From a candidate division WOR-3 bacterium (GTDB taxonomy: Bacteria > Hydrothermota > UBA3073), in NCBI GenBank assembly GCA_034722095.1, contig JAYENM010000344.1, positions 1-32,748 of the forward strand: a stretch of DNA of 32,748 nucleotides. Direction: 5' to 3'. The notes below the pieces were generated by a model. That model saw nothing but the letters and a program-made list of their open reading frames with translations, ran no database searches and was not told where the DNA came from. Position numbers and translations under genes: made by a program. Of this stretch, positions 1 to 9,875 are shown in pieces. Numbering within the stretch: the stretch's first letter is position 1; every line of letters starts with the position of its first letter.

Positions 1-1
1 A

Positions 2-166
2 GAAGAAAAGATGATAGAGGCTGTCAAAAAGGCAAAAGAAAGGGCCGAGATTTCATTTAAAAAACTGGATAAGTCCGTACAGGAAGAGGAGAAGAAAATA
101 GAAGAGAGATTTAATAAGGGGATTAAAAGAGCGAAGGACATGATAATAAAAGAGCTTACAAGTTAA
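2..166 (+). CDS. 3' end of a charged helical protein, probably A/V-type ATPase peripheral-stalk subunit (G/H); 5'-truncated by window
   Basis: Open frame EEKMIEAVKKAKERAE...KDMIIKELTS* ending at TAA 164-166; E/K-rich coiled coil directly upstream of subunit I. Confidence 0.55.
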   Translation, partial: EEKMIEAVKKAKERAEISFKKLDKSVQEEEKKIEERFNKGIKRAKDMIIKELTS

Positions 167-204
167 TTTGGCGCGACTGATTCCAATGGTTTTTATATAT
201 TCTT

Positions 205-2160
205 ATGGCTATATCACAAACAGAAAAAGTGCTCATAGCTCTTCACAAGGATGAAAGAGCGAAATTCCTTTCAAGGCTTCAGGATGAGGGTATTTTACAT
301 ATTACAGAGATTAAGGAGAAGGAAAAGGTCAGTAAAGAGGAAGGCACAGACCTCAATATAAAGATTGCGTCACTCGAGAGGGTGATAAACTATCTACGCT
401 CCTATACAAAAGAATCATTTATTGATACTCTTTTTGGGAACAAGAGAGTGGTTGATAATAATCTGTACAGAGAGACCCTCGCCTCTTCCAAATACGAGAA
501 GTTAATCTCAGAGGTTAAAGAACTTGAGAGAAAGATAGCCGAGCTACAGAGAGAAAGAACGCAGTGTGAAACACAACGGAAAGAGTTACTTCCCTGGGAG
601 TCCCTGAATATTTCCCTTGAGGAATTAAAAGAATTTAAACAGGTATTAGTAGAATTGGGATTTGTTTCAAAACCTCCCCCTGATTTTAATGAGAAAGTTT
701 CTCAACTACCCGTTGAGGTAGAGATTATCCAAAGGAGAAAAGAAGGTATTTATTGTATATTTGCATACAGGGCAGAGGCGAAGAATGAGATACGAAACTT
801 CTTAATAGGCATTGGATTTGAACCTGCAAGGCTTGATGGATTTACCGGAAAGCCACAAGATATTATAAAGGGATTGCAAAATAGGCTTGAGGAGATAGAG
901 CAACAGAGAGAAAGAATCGTTGAGAGGAGTGCAGAAATCGCTCAGGATATAGAAAGAATTCTTGTTATCTATGAAGAAGATTACAACACAAGTCTAAGAG
1001 AAAAGGCGCTCTCTAACGCATTTGTGACCCCCAGTGCTGTATGCATTGAGGGCTGGATAAGAAAGAAAGATAAAAAGAGGTTGGAGAAACTATCGGATGG
1101 ATTTGCTACGGTGACAGTGGAGGAGATACAGCCACATGCAGGGGAACTGCCTCCCGTGGAACTGGAAAACAGACCCCCGGTAAGGCCTTTTGAGGTGCTT
1201 ACAAAACTCTATGGGACACCACACTCCAGGGAAATAGATCCTTCTCCACTTATTGCTCCATTCTTTATTTTATTCTTTGCTCTCTGTCTTTCTGATGCAA
1301 TGTACGGATTGATATTTGCCTTCATTTCTCTTATTTTTATGAGAAGAATCAAGGGTGATAAGAGACTATTAAAGATACTCATGGCAGGAAGTGTAGCCAC
1401 GATTGTCGTGGGCGCGCTCCTTGGAGGATGGTTTGGAGACCTCCCGCAGAGACTCTCACCAATTTTCCCCGGACTTGCTATCATCAGGGGAAAGATACTT
1501 CTCTTTGACCCTATGAATGAACCGCTCAAGTTTTTTGTCCTTGCGCTTGGTGTGGGGATAGTCCAGATACTTGTAGGATTCTTTGTAGGATTTGTAAAAC
1601 TGTTAAGACAGGGAAAGATACTGGAGGCTATTGCAGGCAAGTTATCCTGGGATATATTCTGGATATCCCTGCTTCTATTTGTGATGGCGTCCTTTATTCC
1701 AGCGCTTGAGGGATTCAAATCCATTTTTCTTTCTCTCATTATAGTTGCAGCCCTTCTTGTGTTGTTTGCATCTGGAATTCCATCACGAAACTTCTTTATT
1801 CAAGTTGCAAAGGGACTCTTCAATCTCTATCAGGGCATAATGGGTACTGTCGGAGATATAATATCATACTCAAGGCTTATGGCACTGGGGCTTGTGACGG
1901 TAGGACTTGCTATGGCAATAAATATCCTTGTAGGTGTGATGGCACAGATCCCACTGCTGAAGTTTGTTCTTGTACCCCTTGTGTTTATATTTGGGCATCT
2001 CTTTAGTATAGGCATAAATGTTCTTGGTGCCTATGTTCATACACTCAGGTTACAATACGCGGAGTTTTTTACCAAGTTCTTTGAGGGGGGTGGTGAACCG
2101 TTCTCACCACTGAGACGGGAGACAAAATTTGTAATAGTGGAAGGCGAAGCTACGAAATAA
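205..2160 (+). CDS. atpI: A/V-type ATP synthase subunit I (a)
   Basis: 651 aa; coiled-coil N-terminus, PPVELEN, EIDPSP, membrane C-terminus with DIISYSRLMAL (essential Arg) and HTLRLQYAEFFTKFFEGGG. Confidence 0.95.
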   Translation: MAISQTEKVLIALHKDERAKFLSRLQDEGILHITEIKEKEKVSKEEGTDLNIKIASLERVINYLRSYTKESFIDTLFGNKRVVDNNLYRETLASSKYEKLISEVKELERKIAELQRERTQCETQRKELLPWESLNISLEELKEFKQVLVELGFVSKPPPDFNEKVSQLPVEVEIIQRRKEGIYCIFAYRAEAKNEIRNFLIGIGFEPARLDGFTGKPQDIIKGLQNRLEEIEQQRERIVERSAEIAQDIERILVIYEEDYNTSLREKALSNAFVTPSAVCIEGWIRKKDKKRLEKLSDGFATVTVEEIQPHAGELPPVELENRPPVRPFEVLTKLYGTPHSREIDPSPLIAPFFILFFALCLSDAMYGLIFAFISLIFMRRIKGDKRLLKILMAGSVATIVVGALLGGWFGDLPQRLSPIFPGLAIIRGKILLFDPMNEPLKFFVLALGVGIVQILVGFFVGFVKLLRQGKILEAIAGKLSWDIFWISLLLFVMASFIPALEGFKSIFLSLIIVAALLVLFASGIPSRNFFIQVAKGLFNLYQGIMGTVGDIISYSRLMALGLVTVGLAMAINILVGVMAQIPLLKFVLVPLVFIFGHLFSIGINVLGAYVHTLRLQYAEFFTKFFEGGGEPFSPLRRETKFVIVEGEATK

Positions 2161-2171
2161 CGGATGCAATC

Positions 2172-2745
2172 TAGACGCAGATTAACGCAGATAGACACAG
2201 ATGAATAAAGAAATTGGGTTAATGCGTTGTTGTGTTAATGGGTTATTAGGTAATTAAAATATTCAATTATCAAACTTCGGTGAACCCCTCGGCCTGAGCT
2301 CGGGACGAAGGCTCAGTTGAACCGTTAGCAATGCAAAATTAGCAATTAGCATTCGTTCTTTATGTTTCAATCTTTTAATCTTCAATCTTTGTGTCCTTTG
2401 TGGTGAATAATCCTGTAAGGGCGAATTGCTATTCGCCCACAATCTGTAATCTAAAATCTGCTCTTAGTATCTTCGTGCCTTTGTGGTGAAAAAGTAGGGC
2501 ACGGTTTTAACCGTGCTGGTATTGTCCGAGATAGCGCAATTTACCACAAAGTTCACAAAGGACACAAAGTTTTTTTAAAACATATCTTTTTAAAATCTTC
2601 TCTCTTTGTGTGCTTTGTGGTTTAAATAAAGAGAAATAAGTCCCTCTGTGTTGATTAAGGTTTACCACAAAGTTCACAAAGAATATTTTAAATTGTCAAT
2701 CGTCAATAGTAAATCGAAAATTAATAGGGTCCTTTGTGGTTCATT
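2172..2745. repeat. Repeat-dense spacer: 9-nt-period CACAAAG/ACGCAGAT repeats in both orientations, 7/8-mer tandem runs, two GTA(G)-type REP palindromes, CTGAGCTCG..CGAAG palindrome
   Basis: e.g. ACCACAAAGTTCACAAAG at ~2543 and ~2664, CTTTGTGTCCTTTGTGGTG ~2387, GTAAGGGCGAATTGCTATTCGCCC 2415-2438, GTAGGGCACGGTTTTAACCGTGC 2494-2516. Confidence 0.85.
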
Positions 2746-2779
2746 TTTCATAATATAAAGAGTTAATGAGGAGGATACT

Positions 2780-3745
2780 ATGTTAAAAAGATGGGGGATA
2801 ATAGCGCTTATCCTTATACCACTGATATTATCTGCTGAAGGTATGATTGGCTATATAGATTCTCAGCGGATACTAGAAGGGTATAGAGGTAGTGGAGAGA
2901 TCACACAGGAAATTAACACAGCTCTGCGAAACTGGGAAAGAGAGGCAACAGGATTGAAGCAGGAGATAGAGCAGATGATACAAGAGTATGAGAGTCAAGC
3001 AGTTATGCTATCAGAAAAGGTAAGGCAGGGAAAGATGGCCGCCATAGAAGAGAAACAGCAAGAGTATCAGAGGTTTATTCAACGAATCTGGGGGGCAGGA
3101 GGAGAGGCAGAAATAAAACAGAGAGAGATAATGCAACCATTTGTTGATAGGATCAATGGAATTATTACCCAGATTGGAGAGACAGAGGGTTATTCGATGA
3201 TATTTGATATTGCCAGTATGGGGGTAGTATATGCAAACGATGAGCTTGACCTCACACAGAGGGTGTTGGATGAGTTGAATAGAGAATATGTGGGGGAAAA
3301 AGAGGTTTTTGCTGGTTTTGAGAAGATTGAATTCTATGTGTTGAAATTGAAGGAGAAGAACAAGGAAGCACAAGATTTTGGATTAGGACAGAATATAAAA
3401 GAGAAACTACGAGCTGCACTGATTGCGATGGAGAACTATAAGGAGGTCAGGTCAACCAAGATGGCTAATGCCTTTACACTTGCAAATGTACCCCTTGCCC
3501 AGGATGAACTGACGGAGGAAGAGGTTAAGACGCTTGGAAGACTTGCCGATGCTGATTTTATGATTATGGGAGAGGTTGAAAAGGTCGGCGAGGTAATAAC
3601 AGCCCGCATATCGGTAATAGATGTGAAAAAAGAAGCAATAATCAAGACAGCCGAAGCAAAATCAAGTGGAGACAGGCCAGAAGACATTATAACTATGGTT
3701 TCGGACCTGACTGCAGAGATCTTGCCCTCTATAAAAGTAGAATAA
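2780..3745 (+). CDS. skp: OmpH/Skp periplasmic chaperone fused to a C-terminal CsgG/FlgO/TolB-N-like domain
   Basis: Signal peptide; IGYIDSQRIL, GYSMIFD, DLTQRVLDELN Skp motifs in first ~170 aa; extra ~150 aa with LGRLADADFMIMGEV..ARISVIDV; RBS GAGGAGGA; upstream of lpxD. Confidence 0.8.
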   Translation: MLKRWGIIALILIPLILSAEGMIGYIDSQRILEGYRGSGEITQEINTALRNWEREATGLKQEIEQMIQEYESQAVMLSEKVRQGKMAAIEEKQQEYQRFIQRIWGAGGEAEIKQREIMQPFVDRINGIITQIGETEGYSMIFDIASMGVVYANDELDLTQRVLDELNREYVGEKEVFAGFEKIEFYVLKLKEKNKEAQDFGLGQNIKEKLRAALIAMENYKEVRSTKMANAFTLANVPLAQDELTEEEVKTLGRLADADFMIMGEVEKVGEVITARISVIDVKKEAIIKTAEAKSSGDRPEDIITMVSDLTAEILPSIKVE

Positions 3746-3775
3746 GCTAATAATTATATCTTTATATCTTTTGCT

Positions 3776-4783
3776 ATGAAACTAATAGAGATAGCCGAGT
3801 TCCTTTCGGGTAAGATAAAAGGTAACACTTCAATAGATATAACCGGGATTGCAAGGATTGAGGATGCAAGGAAGGGAGATATAACCTATATATCCTATCC
3901 GAAATATGAAAAATGGCTTGCCAAAACAGGTGCCTCTTGCGTTATTGTTCCCAAAAATACTAACATTAGCACTACAAAAACCCTGCTTTTTGTGGACGAG
4001 CCTGCCCTTGCGATTGTAAAACTTGCGAATTTTTTCTGTAAAAAATTTTCTCCTGAAGCTGGCATATCACCTCTTGCAGATGTATCAAAGAATGCGGTGG
4101 TGGATGAAACTGTATCAATAGGTGCCTTCTGTGTGATATGTTCTAGTTGCAGATTGGGTAAGGGGACAGTTTTGTTTCCATGGGTATATCTGGGAGAAGG
4201 TTCTCAAGTAGGTGATAATTGTATGATATACCCGGGAGTTGTCATCCGTGAGAATGTGCGAATAAAAAACAGAGTAGTAATACATCCTGGATGTGTAATA
4301 GGTGCAGACGGGTTCGGGTATATAGAAAAGGCAGGCAAGAGGATGAAAATTCCGCATCTTGGAGGTGTCGTAGTAGAGGATGATGTTGAAATCGGTGCAA
4401 ATACCACAATAGACCGTGCAACACTCGGGGATACAATAATAGGCAAAGGGACGAAGATTGACAATCTTGTTCACATAGCTCATAATGTAGTGATTGGTGA
4501 GGGCTCTGTGATTGTTGCGCAGGTTGGAATAGCAGGCTCAACAGAAATAGGGAGTAATGTCATTATAGCAGGACAGGCAGGAATATCTGACCATCTTACA
4601 ATAGGAAACAATGTGAAGATAGGTGCCCAATCAGGTGTAACAAAGTCGGTAAAGGACGGAGAGGAAGTATCTGGTTATCCCGCAAGAGAACACAAGAGGT
4701 CAAAGAAGGCATACGCTCTTCTTATGCGGCTTCCAGAGATATACGAAAGACTGAAAAAGATTGAAAAGAAACTTTTTGGGTGA
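3776..4783 (+). CDS. lpxD: UDP-3-O-acylglucosamine N-acyltransferase
   Basis: Hexapeptide repeats, [45 protein letters not shown]. Confidence 0.97.
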   Translation: MKLIEIAEFLSGKIKGNTSIDITGIARIEDARKGDITYISYPKYEKWLAKTGASCVIVPKNTNISTTKTLLFVDEPALAIVKLANFFCKKFSPEAGISPLADVSKNAVVDETVSIGAFCVICSSCRLGKGTVLFPWVYLGEGSQVGDNCMIYPGVVIRENVRIKNRVVIHPGCVIGADGFGYIEKAGKRMKIPHLGGVVVEDDVEIGANTTIDRATLGDTIIGKGTKIDNLVHIAHNVVIGEGSVIVAQVGIAGSTEIGSNVIIAGQAGISDHLTIGNNVKIGAQSGVTKSVKDGEEVSGYPAREHKRSKKAYALLMRLPEIYERLKKIEKKLFG

Positions 4784-4992
4784 ACTTTTTTGTTATCTTC
4801 AGACGCTGATTTACGCTGATTATTTTTAAAGCAAATATTTTTATATCTCTATTTTTAGACGTTGTCCCATTTAAAAACCTGTCCCTACAAGGTCAATAAT
4901 ACCTGCTAATTTGCAGAAAAGGATACCCATCGCAATACTTTAGGACAACGTCTATTTTTAGATTATTTGGTGCTTTTTCAGCGAGAATAAAA

Positions 4993-5238
4993 ATGATAAT
5001 TAGTGAATTTACTCCTGATAAGATTGAGTCTCTGCCCATTGACATCCAGAAACTTGTATGGAGGGCACTGTTTTACAAGTCGCAAGTTACAATGTATGAA
5101 AGAGAATATGCATTGAGGAAAGATGACAAGATCTTTGAAAAACTTAACAAGTATCGCGAGGCATTTAAAAATATACAGGAGATATTAAATAAGAAATGCA
5201 AGAGTAAGGGATTAGAAAGCATTATTATCGTGGATTAA
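4993..5238 (+). CDS. Small hypothetical protein (81 aa)
   Basis: ATG-started ORF with plausible helical composition, not overlapping another gene; family not recognised. Confidence 0.6.
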   Translation: MIISEFTPDKIESLPIDIQKLVWRALFYKSQVTMYEREYALRKDDKIFEKLNKYREAFKNIQEILNKKCKSKGLESIIIVD

Positions 5239-5312
5239 ATTAAAAAAGAGCGAAGGTCGAGATAGAAGTAAGAGAAACATAATAAGTTCATTTTTAGATT
5301 TATGGGGGCAAT

Positions 5313-5855
5313 ATGGAGGTAAATCCTGAGGAGTATATAAAAATAATTCCGCCACCGCCAGTTGTTCTGATATCGACACTGTATAGTAATGTGAAGAATA
5401 TAGCTCCATTCGGAATGAATATGCCGATTTCTTTTCACCCACCTCTATACGCCATTGGAGTAAAAGATACAAGAGATACATATAAAAATATTTTAGAAAC
5501 AGAGGAATTTGTAGTTGCTGTGCCGGGCCCCGGTTTAATCCGAGAGATCGATACGATAGCAGAATCTTTCTCAAGAGAGGTAAGTGAGTTTGAAAAAGCA
5601 GGGCTCACTCCCGTGGCAAGCAAGGTGGTGGAACCTTTTCGGGTGAAAGAATGTCAGTCCAATTTTGAGTGTAGACTTGTATGGATTAAACAGGCTGGCG
5701 ACCATTACATAATAGTTGGGAGAGTAGTAGCAGCAAGTATAGACGATATAATCTATAGAAAAGAACTATCAAGGCTAATCATTGCTCCTGTCTATCATGT
5801 TGGGGCTGAAGAAGGTGAATATGCTGTGAAGGGACATTTATTAGTTAAAGAGTGA
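5313..5855 (+). CDS. Flavin reductase-like FMN-binding (split barrel) protein
   Basis: PVVLIST, NIAPFG, DTYKNILETEEFVV, SEFEKAGLTP, FECRL, GDHYIIVGRV. Confidence 0.9.
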   Translation: MEVNPEEYIKIIPPPPVVLISTLYSNVKNIAPFGMNMPISFHPPLYAIGVKDTRDTYKNILETEEFVVAVPGPGLIREIDTIAESFSREVSEFEKAGLTPVASKVVEPFRVKECQSNFECRLVWIKQAGDHYIIVGRVVAASIDDIIYRKELSRLIIAPVYHVGAEEGEYAVKGHLLVKE

Positions 5856-6033
5856 GTTATACTCAGGACTTTGCATATCCGTAAAACCGCTATTGTGAAT
5901 TCTCATAACTATAATGGGGCGTATAAAACACTAAATGCCTGTCCAGAGTGCGATGATAGCATAAGTGAAAAAGCCCAAAAAGAAGGAAATAATTGTGAAA
6001 AGCCTGGTGTGTTCTTGAAGTCAGATGTAGATA

Positions 6034-7176
6034 ATGTTGACTAACAAACTGTTACAGTTTGGGATTATTTTGACGGGTCTTGTCGCCATTATGGCTTTGC
6101 CATTGAAACCTCGCTCTGATCTCGAGTCCCCGGACTCATCCAGTATAACTAATGCTACTCGTGGGGAGTCACTCGAAGAGGCGATGTTTTATGAAAGATT
6201 AGATGGGAACAAGATACAGTGCAATATCTGTTTCAGAAGATGTATTGTTCCTCCGGGAGGCCGGGGTTTCTGCCGTGTACGCGAAAACCGTGATGGAAGG
6301 TATTACTCTCTGGTTTATTCGGGCCCCTCTGCTGTGCATGTAGATCCCATTGAAAAGGAACCACAACTCCATATGTTACCAGGGAGTGAGATACTATGCC
6401 TCGGCACAGCAGGATGTAATTTCAGGTGTCGCCACTGTCACAACTGGCACCTCTCTCAGGCAAGACCCGAAGATTTGGACACTTATCATCTGCCCCCAGA
6501 AGATGTAATTAAACTTGCTATCCAGAAGGATGTCCCCACAATCTCGTTCACTTATAATGAACCAACTGTCTTCTATGAATATGTTTATGATATAGCAGTC
6601 CTTGCAAAGAAAAAGGGGTTGAGAATATTGTGGCATTCCAACGGTTCTATGAATCCGGACCCCTTAAGGGCACTTCTTGAATATACCAATGCTGTGACTA
6701 TTGACCTAAAGGGATTTACCAAAAAGGCGTACCAGAACTCATCTGCTGAATTGGAACCGGTTCTTGAAACCTTAAAGATTATCAAACAAGAAGGAAGATG
6801 GCTTGAGATCGTAAATCTGGTTATCCCAACGATAAATGATAGCCCCGATGATATCCAAAGGATGTGTGAATGGATTAAGGAGAATCTGGGAGAGGAAGTT
6901 CCGCTTCACTTCTCTCGTTTTTTCCCCAATTACAAGTTACTGCATCTTCCACCAACGCCGATTGAAACACTGGAAGATGCGTATAGAATAGCAAAAGATA
7001 CAGGTCTCCAATATGTTACAATTGGCAATGTTCCAGGGCATAAATACAATTCAACATTCTGTCCAAAATGTGGGAGAAGGATAATTCATAGGGTCCATTT
7101 TCAGGTTTTAGAAAACAATGTAGTAGAGGGAAGATGTAAGTTCTGCAAGCATAAGATACCCGGGATATGGAGGTAA
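6034..7176 (+). CDS. amrS: AmmeMemoRadiSam-system-type radical SAM enzyme with N-terminal hydrophobic extension
   Basis: CxxCxxxC..GFCRVREN, VDPIEKEP, GCNFRCRHCHNW, FTYNEPT, PLHFSRFFP, C-terminal CPKCG..CKFC..IPGIW. Confidence 0.88.
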   Translation: MLTNKLLQFGIILTGLVAIMALPLKPRSDLESPDSSSITNATRGESLEEAMFYERLDGNKIQCNICFRRCIVPPGGRGFCRVRENRDGRYYSLVYSGPSAVHVDPIEKEPQLHMLPGSEILCLGTAGCNFRCRHCHNWHLSQARPEDLDTYHLPPEDVIKLAIQKDVPTISFTYNEPTVFYEYVYDIAVLAKKKGLRILWHSNGSMNPDPLRALLEYTNAVTIDLKGFTKKAYQNSSAELEPVLETLKIIKQEGRWLEIVNLVIPTINDSPDDIQRMCEWIKENLGEEVPLHFSRFFPNYKLLHLPPTPIETLEDAYRIAKDTGLQYVTIGNVPGHKYNSTFCPKCGRRIIHRVHFQVLENNVVEGRCKFCKHKIPGIWR

Positions 7177-7332
7177 GTGACCCCTATCTCCTTCATTCCA
7201 TTCCTCCCCTGTTTAACTATAAGGGAAAGGGCTTAGTTTGCGAAAAAGAATGAAACTTTTTCTCAAAATTTCCGTATTACATAGTAACAGAAAGCAGAGA
7301 AATTAGAAGATATAAATGAAAAGGAGAAAAGG

Positions 7333-9453
7333 ATGGGTTTTTTATTATTGTTTTTTCTGCTGGTAAGCAGTGAAAAAGTAGTAGAGGTGCGGTGGACTGA
7401 TACAGCACCGAGAATTGACGGTATTATTGAAGATATCTGGCAATCAGCAGATTCGGCGTATGGATTTATTCAACATTCACCTTATGAAAAAGAGTTACCC
7501 ACTGAAAAGACTGTAGTATATGTATTACAGGATAAGGATAATCTCTATGTTGCCTTTCGATGTTATGCACAAAATCATAATTTAGCTGCTAATTTGGGCA
7601 GGAATGCGGATAATGTAACCTTATATATTGACCCTTTTGGTAGTAAGACTATTGCTTACTATTTTAAGGTTTATGCAAATGGTGGGTTTGACGATGGAAT
7701 GATGCTTGATGATGGTCGTTCCGAAGACAATTCCTGGGATGGTGTCTGGTCTCGGGCAGTAAAGGTTTATGATGACTGCTATGAGGTAGAGATAAGGATT
7801 CCATTCAGGTCAATCCGATATAAGCAAGGGCTTACCGAATGGGGGATAAATTTCAAGCGATATATTCCAAATAATCAGGAAACTATCTACTGGACAGAGG
7901 TTCTGCAGATAGAAGAAAATATGGTATCAAAGTATGGAAGATTAAAGGGCATTAGTCCTCAATCTACAGGCTATTATTTTGAACTGTACCCTGAAGGATT
8001 TCTGAGGTATGACAAGGATAGAGAAAAAGAGGGTAGGGTTAAGCCAAGCGGCAGTCTAAATTTTAAGTGGGACTTGACCTCACAGACGACTCTGAATGCA
8101 ACCGTATTGCCAGACTTCGCCCAGATTGAATCCGACCCTTTTACCCTAAATCTTTCAAGGTACGAGGTGTGGCTTGATGAGCGCCGACCATTCTTCCTTG
8201 AGGGCAAAGATATATTTAGGATGTCCAACTTTGGCCAGGGTAAGGGTTTCTATTATCCCCTAAATATCTTCTATTCCCGTAGAATTGGTAAATCAATAAA
8301 TGGTGAGCCAGTACCGATTCTTGGTGGGCTGAAACTGACCAATAAATCAGAAGATTGGAATTTAGGGGCTTTCGGTGCATATACGGATTCTTTAAAGTAT
8401 TTAGAAGATGATACGATGATAACTGAACCCCGCAGGAGCTTTGGGGTGCTGAGGGTAAAGCGCAAGGTGTTAGAAACCTCGAATATTGGAATGCTCTTTA
8501 GTGGGACAAGGGTGGATAAAGACAACTACAACTATGCCTTTGGACTTGATGGGGCGTATCGTTCTGGTGTGAATCAATTCATTTTTCAAGGGGCACTGAG
8601 TGATAGAAATAAAAAGAAGGGCTGGGCGATTTCGTCTGGATATTTCGGCTTTGTCAAAGGTTTTTTGACACTGAGCACTCTTGAGGTAGTGCAGGACTCT
8701 TTTGATGTGGATGACATTGGGTTTGTTTCCTGGGTTGGTATGAAGAAGTTTATGTTCGGGAGTGGACCTTTTAGAACTTATCAAAGGGGATTTTTAAAGA
8801 ATCTCTTTATCGCACCACTGATTGTTGTTGTTCAGGAACCAGGTAGTAAGAACTGGTCAAAAGTTTATGCCTTTACAATAAATCCAAATTTTCGTAATCG
8901 TTGGGGATTTAGTTTAAATTGCAACGTTGGACAGTATTTTGAAGAAGGTATTGAATATCTCCAACGAGGCATTAATCTTTCTGTCTGGGGTAATGGCACA
9001 AATTACCATTTGAATTTTGGTGGTAATTACAGCTATGGATATAATTATAGTCGTGAATTTCTGGCGTATCAGGGTTCAAACTGGTTCTGGGGCGCATATA
9101 ATGCAATTCCACGCATTCGTCTCTCTCTGTCATTAAATAACTGGGTTGAGTGGGATACACTAAATAGAATTATCGCTATTACATCAAAGGTAACACCAAG
9201 ATTTGATTTTACAATAAGCAAGGATATAAAAGTGGGCATTTTCAATGAGTTTGTAATGGAGACACCCGAAACAAATTTGGGTGAGGCAGAATTAATATCC
9301 AATCGTGTTGGTCTTTTATTATCCTGGAATTTCTCTCCCAAAAGCTGGCTATATATTGCTCTAAATGACCATCGGGAACAAAACGACGAGAGAAAACTTG
9401 AACTTCAGAACCAAATCGGGGCAATCAAGGCAAAGTACCTGCTCTACTTTTGA
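7333..9453 (+). CDS. Outer-membrane protein with N-terminal CBM9-like domain and DUF5916-type beta-barrel
   Basis: Signal peptide, APRIDG, NLYVAFRC, EIRIPFRSIRY, WGINF, PDFAQIESD, ERRPFFLEG, FYSRRIG; terminal YLLYF; RBS AAGGAG. Confidence 0.85.
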   Translation: MGFLLLFFLLVSSEKVVEVRWTDTAPRIDGIIEDIWQSADSAYGFIQHSPYEKELPTEKTVVYVLQDKDNLYVAFRCYAQNHNLAANLGRNADNVTLYIDPFGSKTIAYYFKVYANGGFDDGMMLDDGRSEDNSWDGVWSRAVKVYDDCYEVEIRIPFRSIRYKQGLTEWGINFKRYIPNNQETIYWTEVLQIEENMVSKYGRLKGISPQSTGYYFELYPEGFLRYDKDREKEGRVKPSGSLNFKWDLTSQTTLNATVLPDFAQIESDPFTLNLSRYEVWLDERRPFFLEGKDIFRMSNFGQGKGFYYPLNIFYSRRIGKSINGEPVPILGGLKLTNKSEDWNLGAFGAYTDSLKYLEDDTMITEPRRSFGVLRVKRKVLETSNIGMLFSGTRVDKDNYNYAFGLDGAYRSGVNQFIFQGALSDRNKKKGWAISSGYFGFVKGFLTLSTLEVVQDSFDVDDIGFVSWVGMKKFMFGSGPFRTYQRGFLKNLFIAPLIVVVQEPGSKNWSKVYAFTINPNFRNRWGFSLNCNVGQYFEEGIEYLQRGINLSVWGNGTNYHLNFGGNYSYGYNYSREFLAYQGSNWFWGAYNAIPRIRLSLSLNNWVEWDTLNRIIAITSKVTPRFDFTISKDIKVGIFNEFVMETPETNLGEAELISNRVGLLLSWNFSPKSWLYIALNDHREQNDERKLELQNQIGAIKAKYLLYF

Positions 9454-9518
9454 TATTGGTTACTATTCAGTGGTTTACCCTGCCTGTAAAAGACCTTTCC
9501 GAAATTTTCTCCTTTTTG

Positions 9519-9656
9519 GTAGTCGCAACTTTTCCGTGCGGATCCTGGGGATAAGTTGCGTAAATTGAATCCAGAACAGCGTCTTCTATTCGCAGACTGA
9601 AGTCTGCGGCTACCAGATCCCTACTTTTTGCACAGCCTGTGAAGCCTACGGCTACC
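9519..9656. repeat. GTAG-type REP doublet (REPIN-like) plus a degenerate third copy; first REP interrupted by a 19-nt insert
   Basis: GTAGTCGCAACTTT[TCCGTGCGGATCCTGGGGA]TAAGTTGCG 9519-9560 faces CGCAGACTGAAGTCTGCGGCTAC 9591-9613. Confidence 0.75.
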
Positions 9657-9760
9657 ACCTTTCGTTTTTTTGCACAACAACTGAAATATGCTCCTGCCTG
9701 ACGGTCACTGCGGATCCGTATGGACAGGCAGGCAAATCCCTGTTAGATTTTATTTTTTGC

Positions 9761-9789
9761 TTGACATTTTGTAAAATTCGTGGTACAAT
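9761..9789 (+). promoter_or_regulatory. Sigma70-type promoter
   Basis: TTGACA 9761-9766, 17-nt spacer, extended TGn + TACAAT 9784-9789. Confidence 0.8.
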
Positions 9790-9795
9790 ATATTT

Positions 9796-9875
9796 GTGGT
9801 GTCAGGAGTTGCCGAACCCGTGGTGTCAGGAGTTGCCTTACGGCGACCTTCGGTATACCCTCCTGACACAAAACA
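9796..9875 (+). ncRNA. Candidate small structured RNA / 5' leader
   Basis: Begins at the predicted TSS; 18-nt direct repeat GTGGTGTCAGGAGTTGCC (9796-9813, 9820-9837); closing arm CTCCTGACAC 9860-9869; inner hairpin GTTGCC-TTAC-GGCGAC. Confidence 0.4.

Noticed and set aside
2172-2745. CRISPR array or missing ATPase subunit K in the spacer
   Set aside because: Repeats are short, degenerate and in both orientations; no hydrophobic proteolipid ORF is present.
6034-7176. NrdG/PFL activase serving nrdD
   Set aside because: The N-terminal Cys cluster, DPIEK and C-terminal motifs fit AmrS rather than NrdG, and the gene is 17 kb away.
9796-9837. 18-nt direct repeat as a CRISPR mini-array
   Set aside because: Only two copies with a 6-nt gap; no spacer-length interval and no cas genes.
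9796-9875. SRP RNA, 6S RNA or tRNA identity for the structured element
   Set aside because: Lacks the SRP CAGG-CC-GRAA-GG-AGCA motif, is too short for 6S, and shows no cloverleaf or T-loop.
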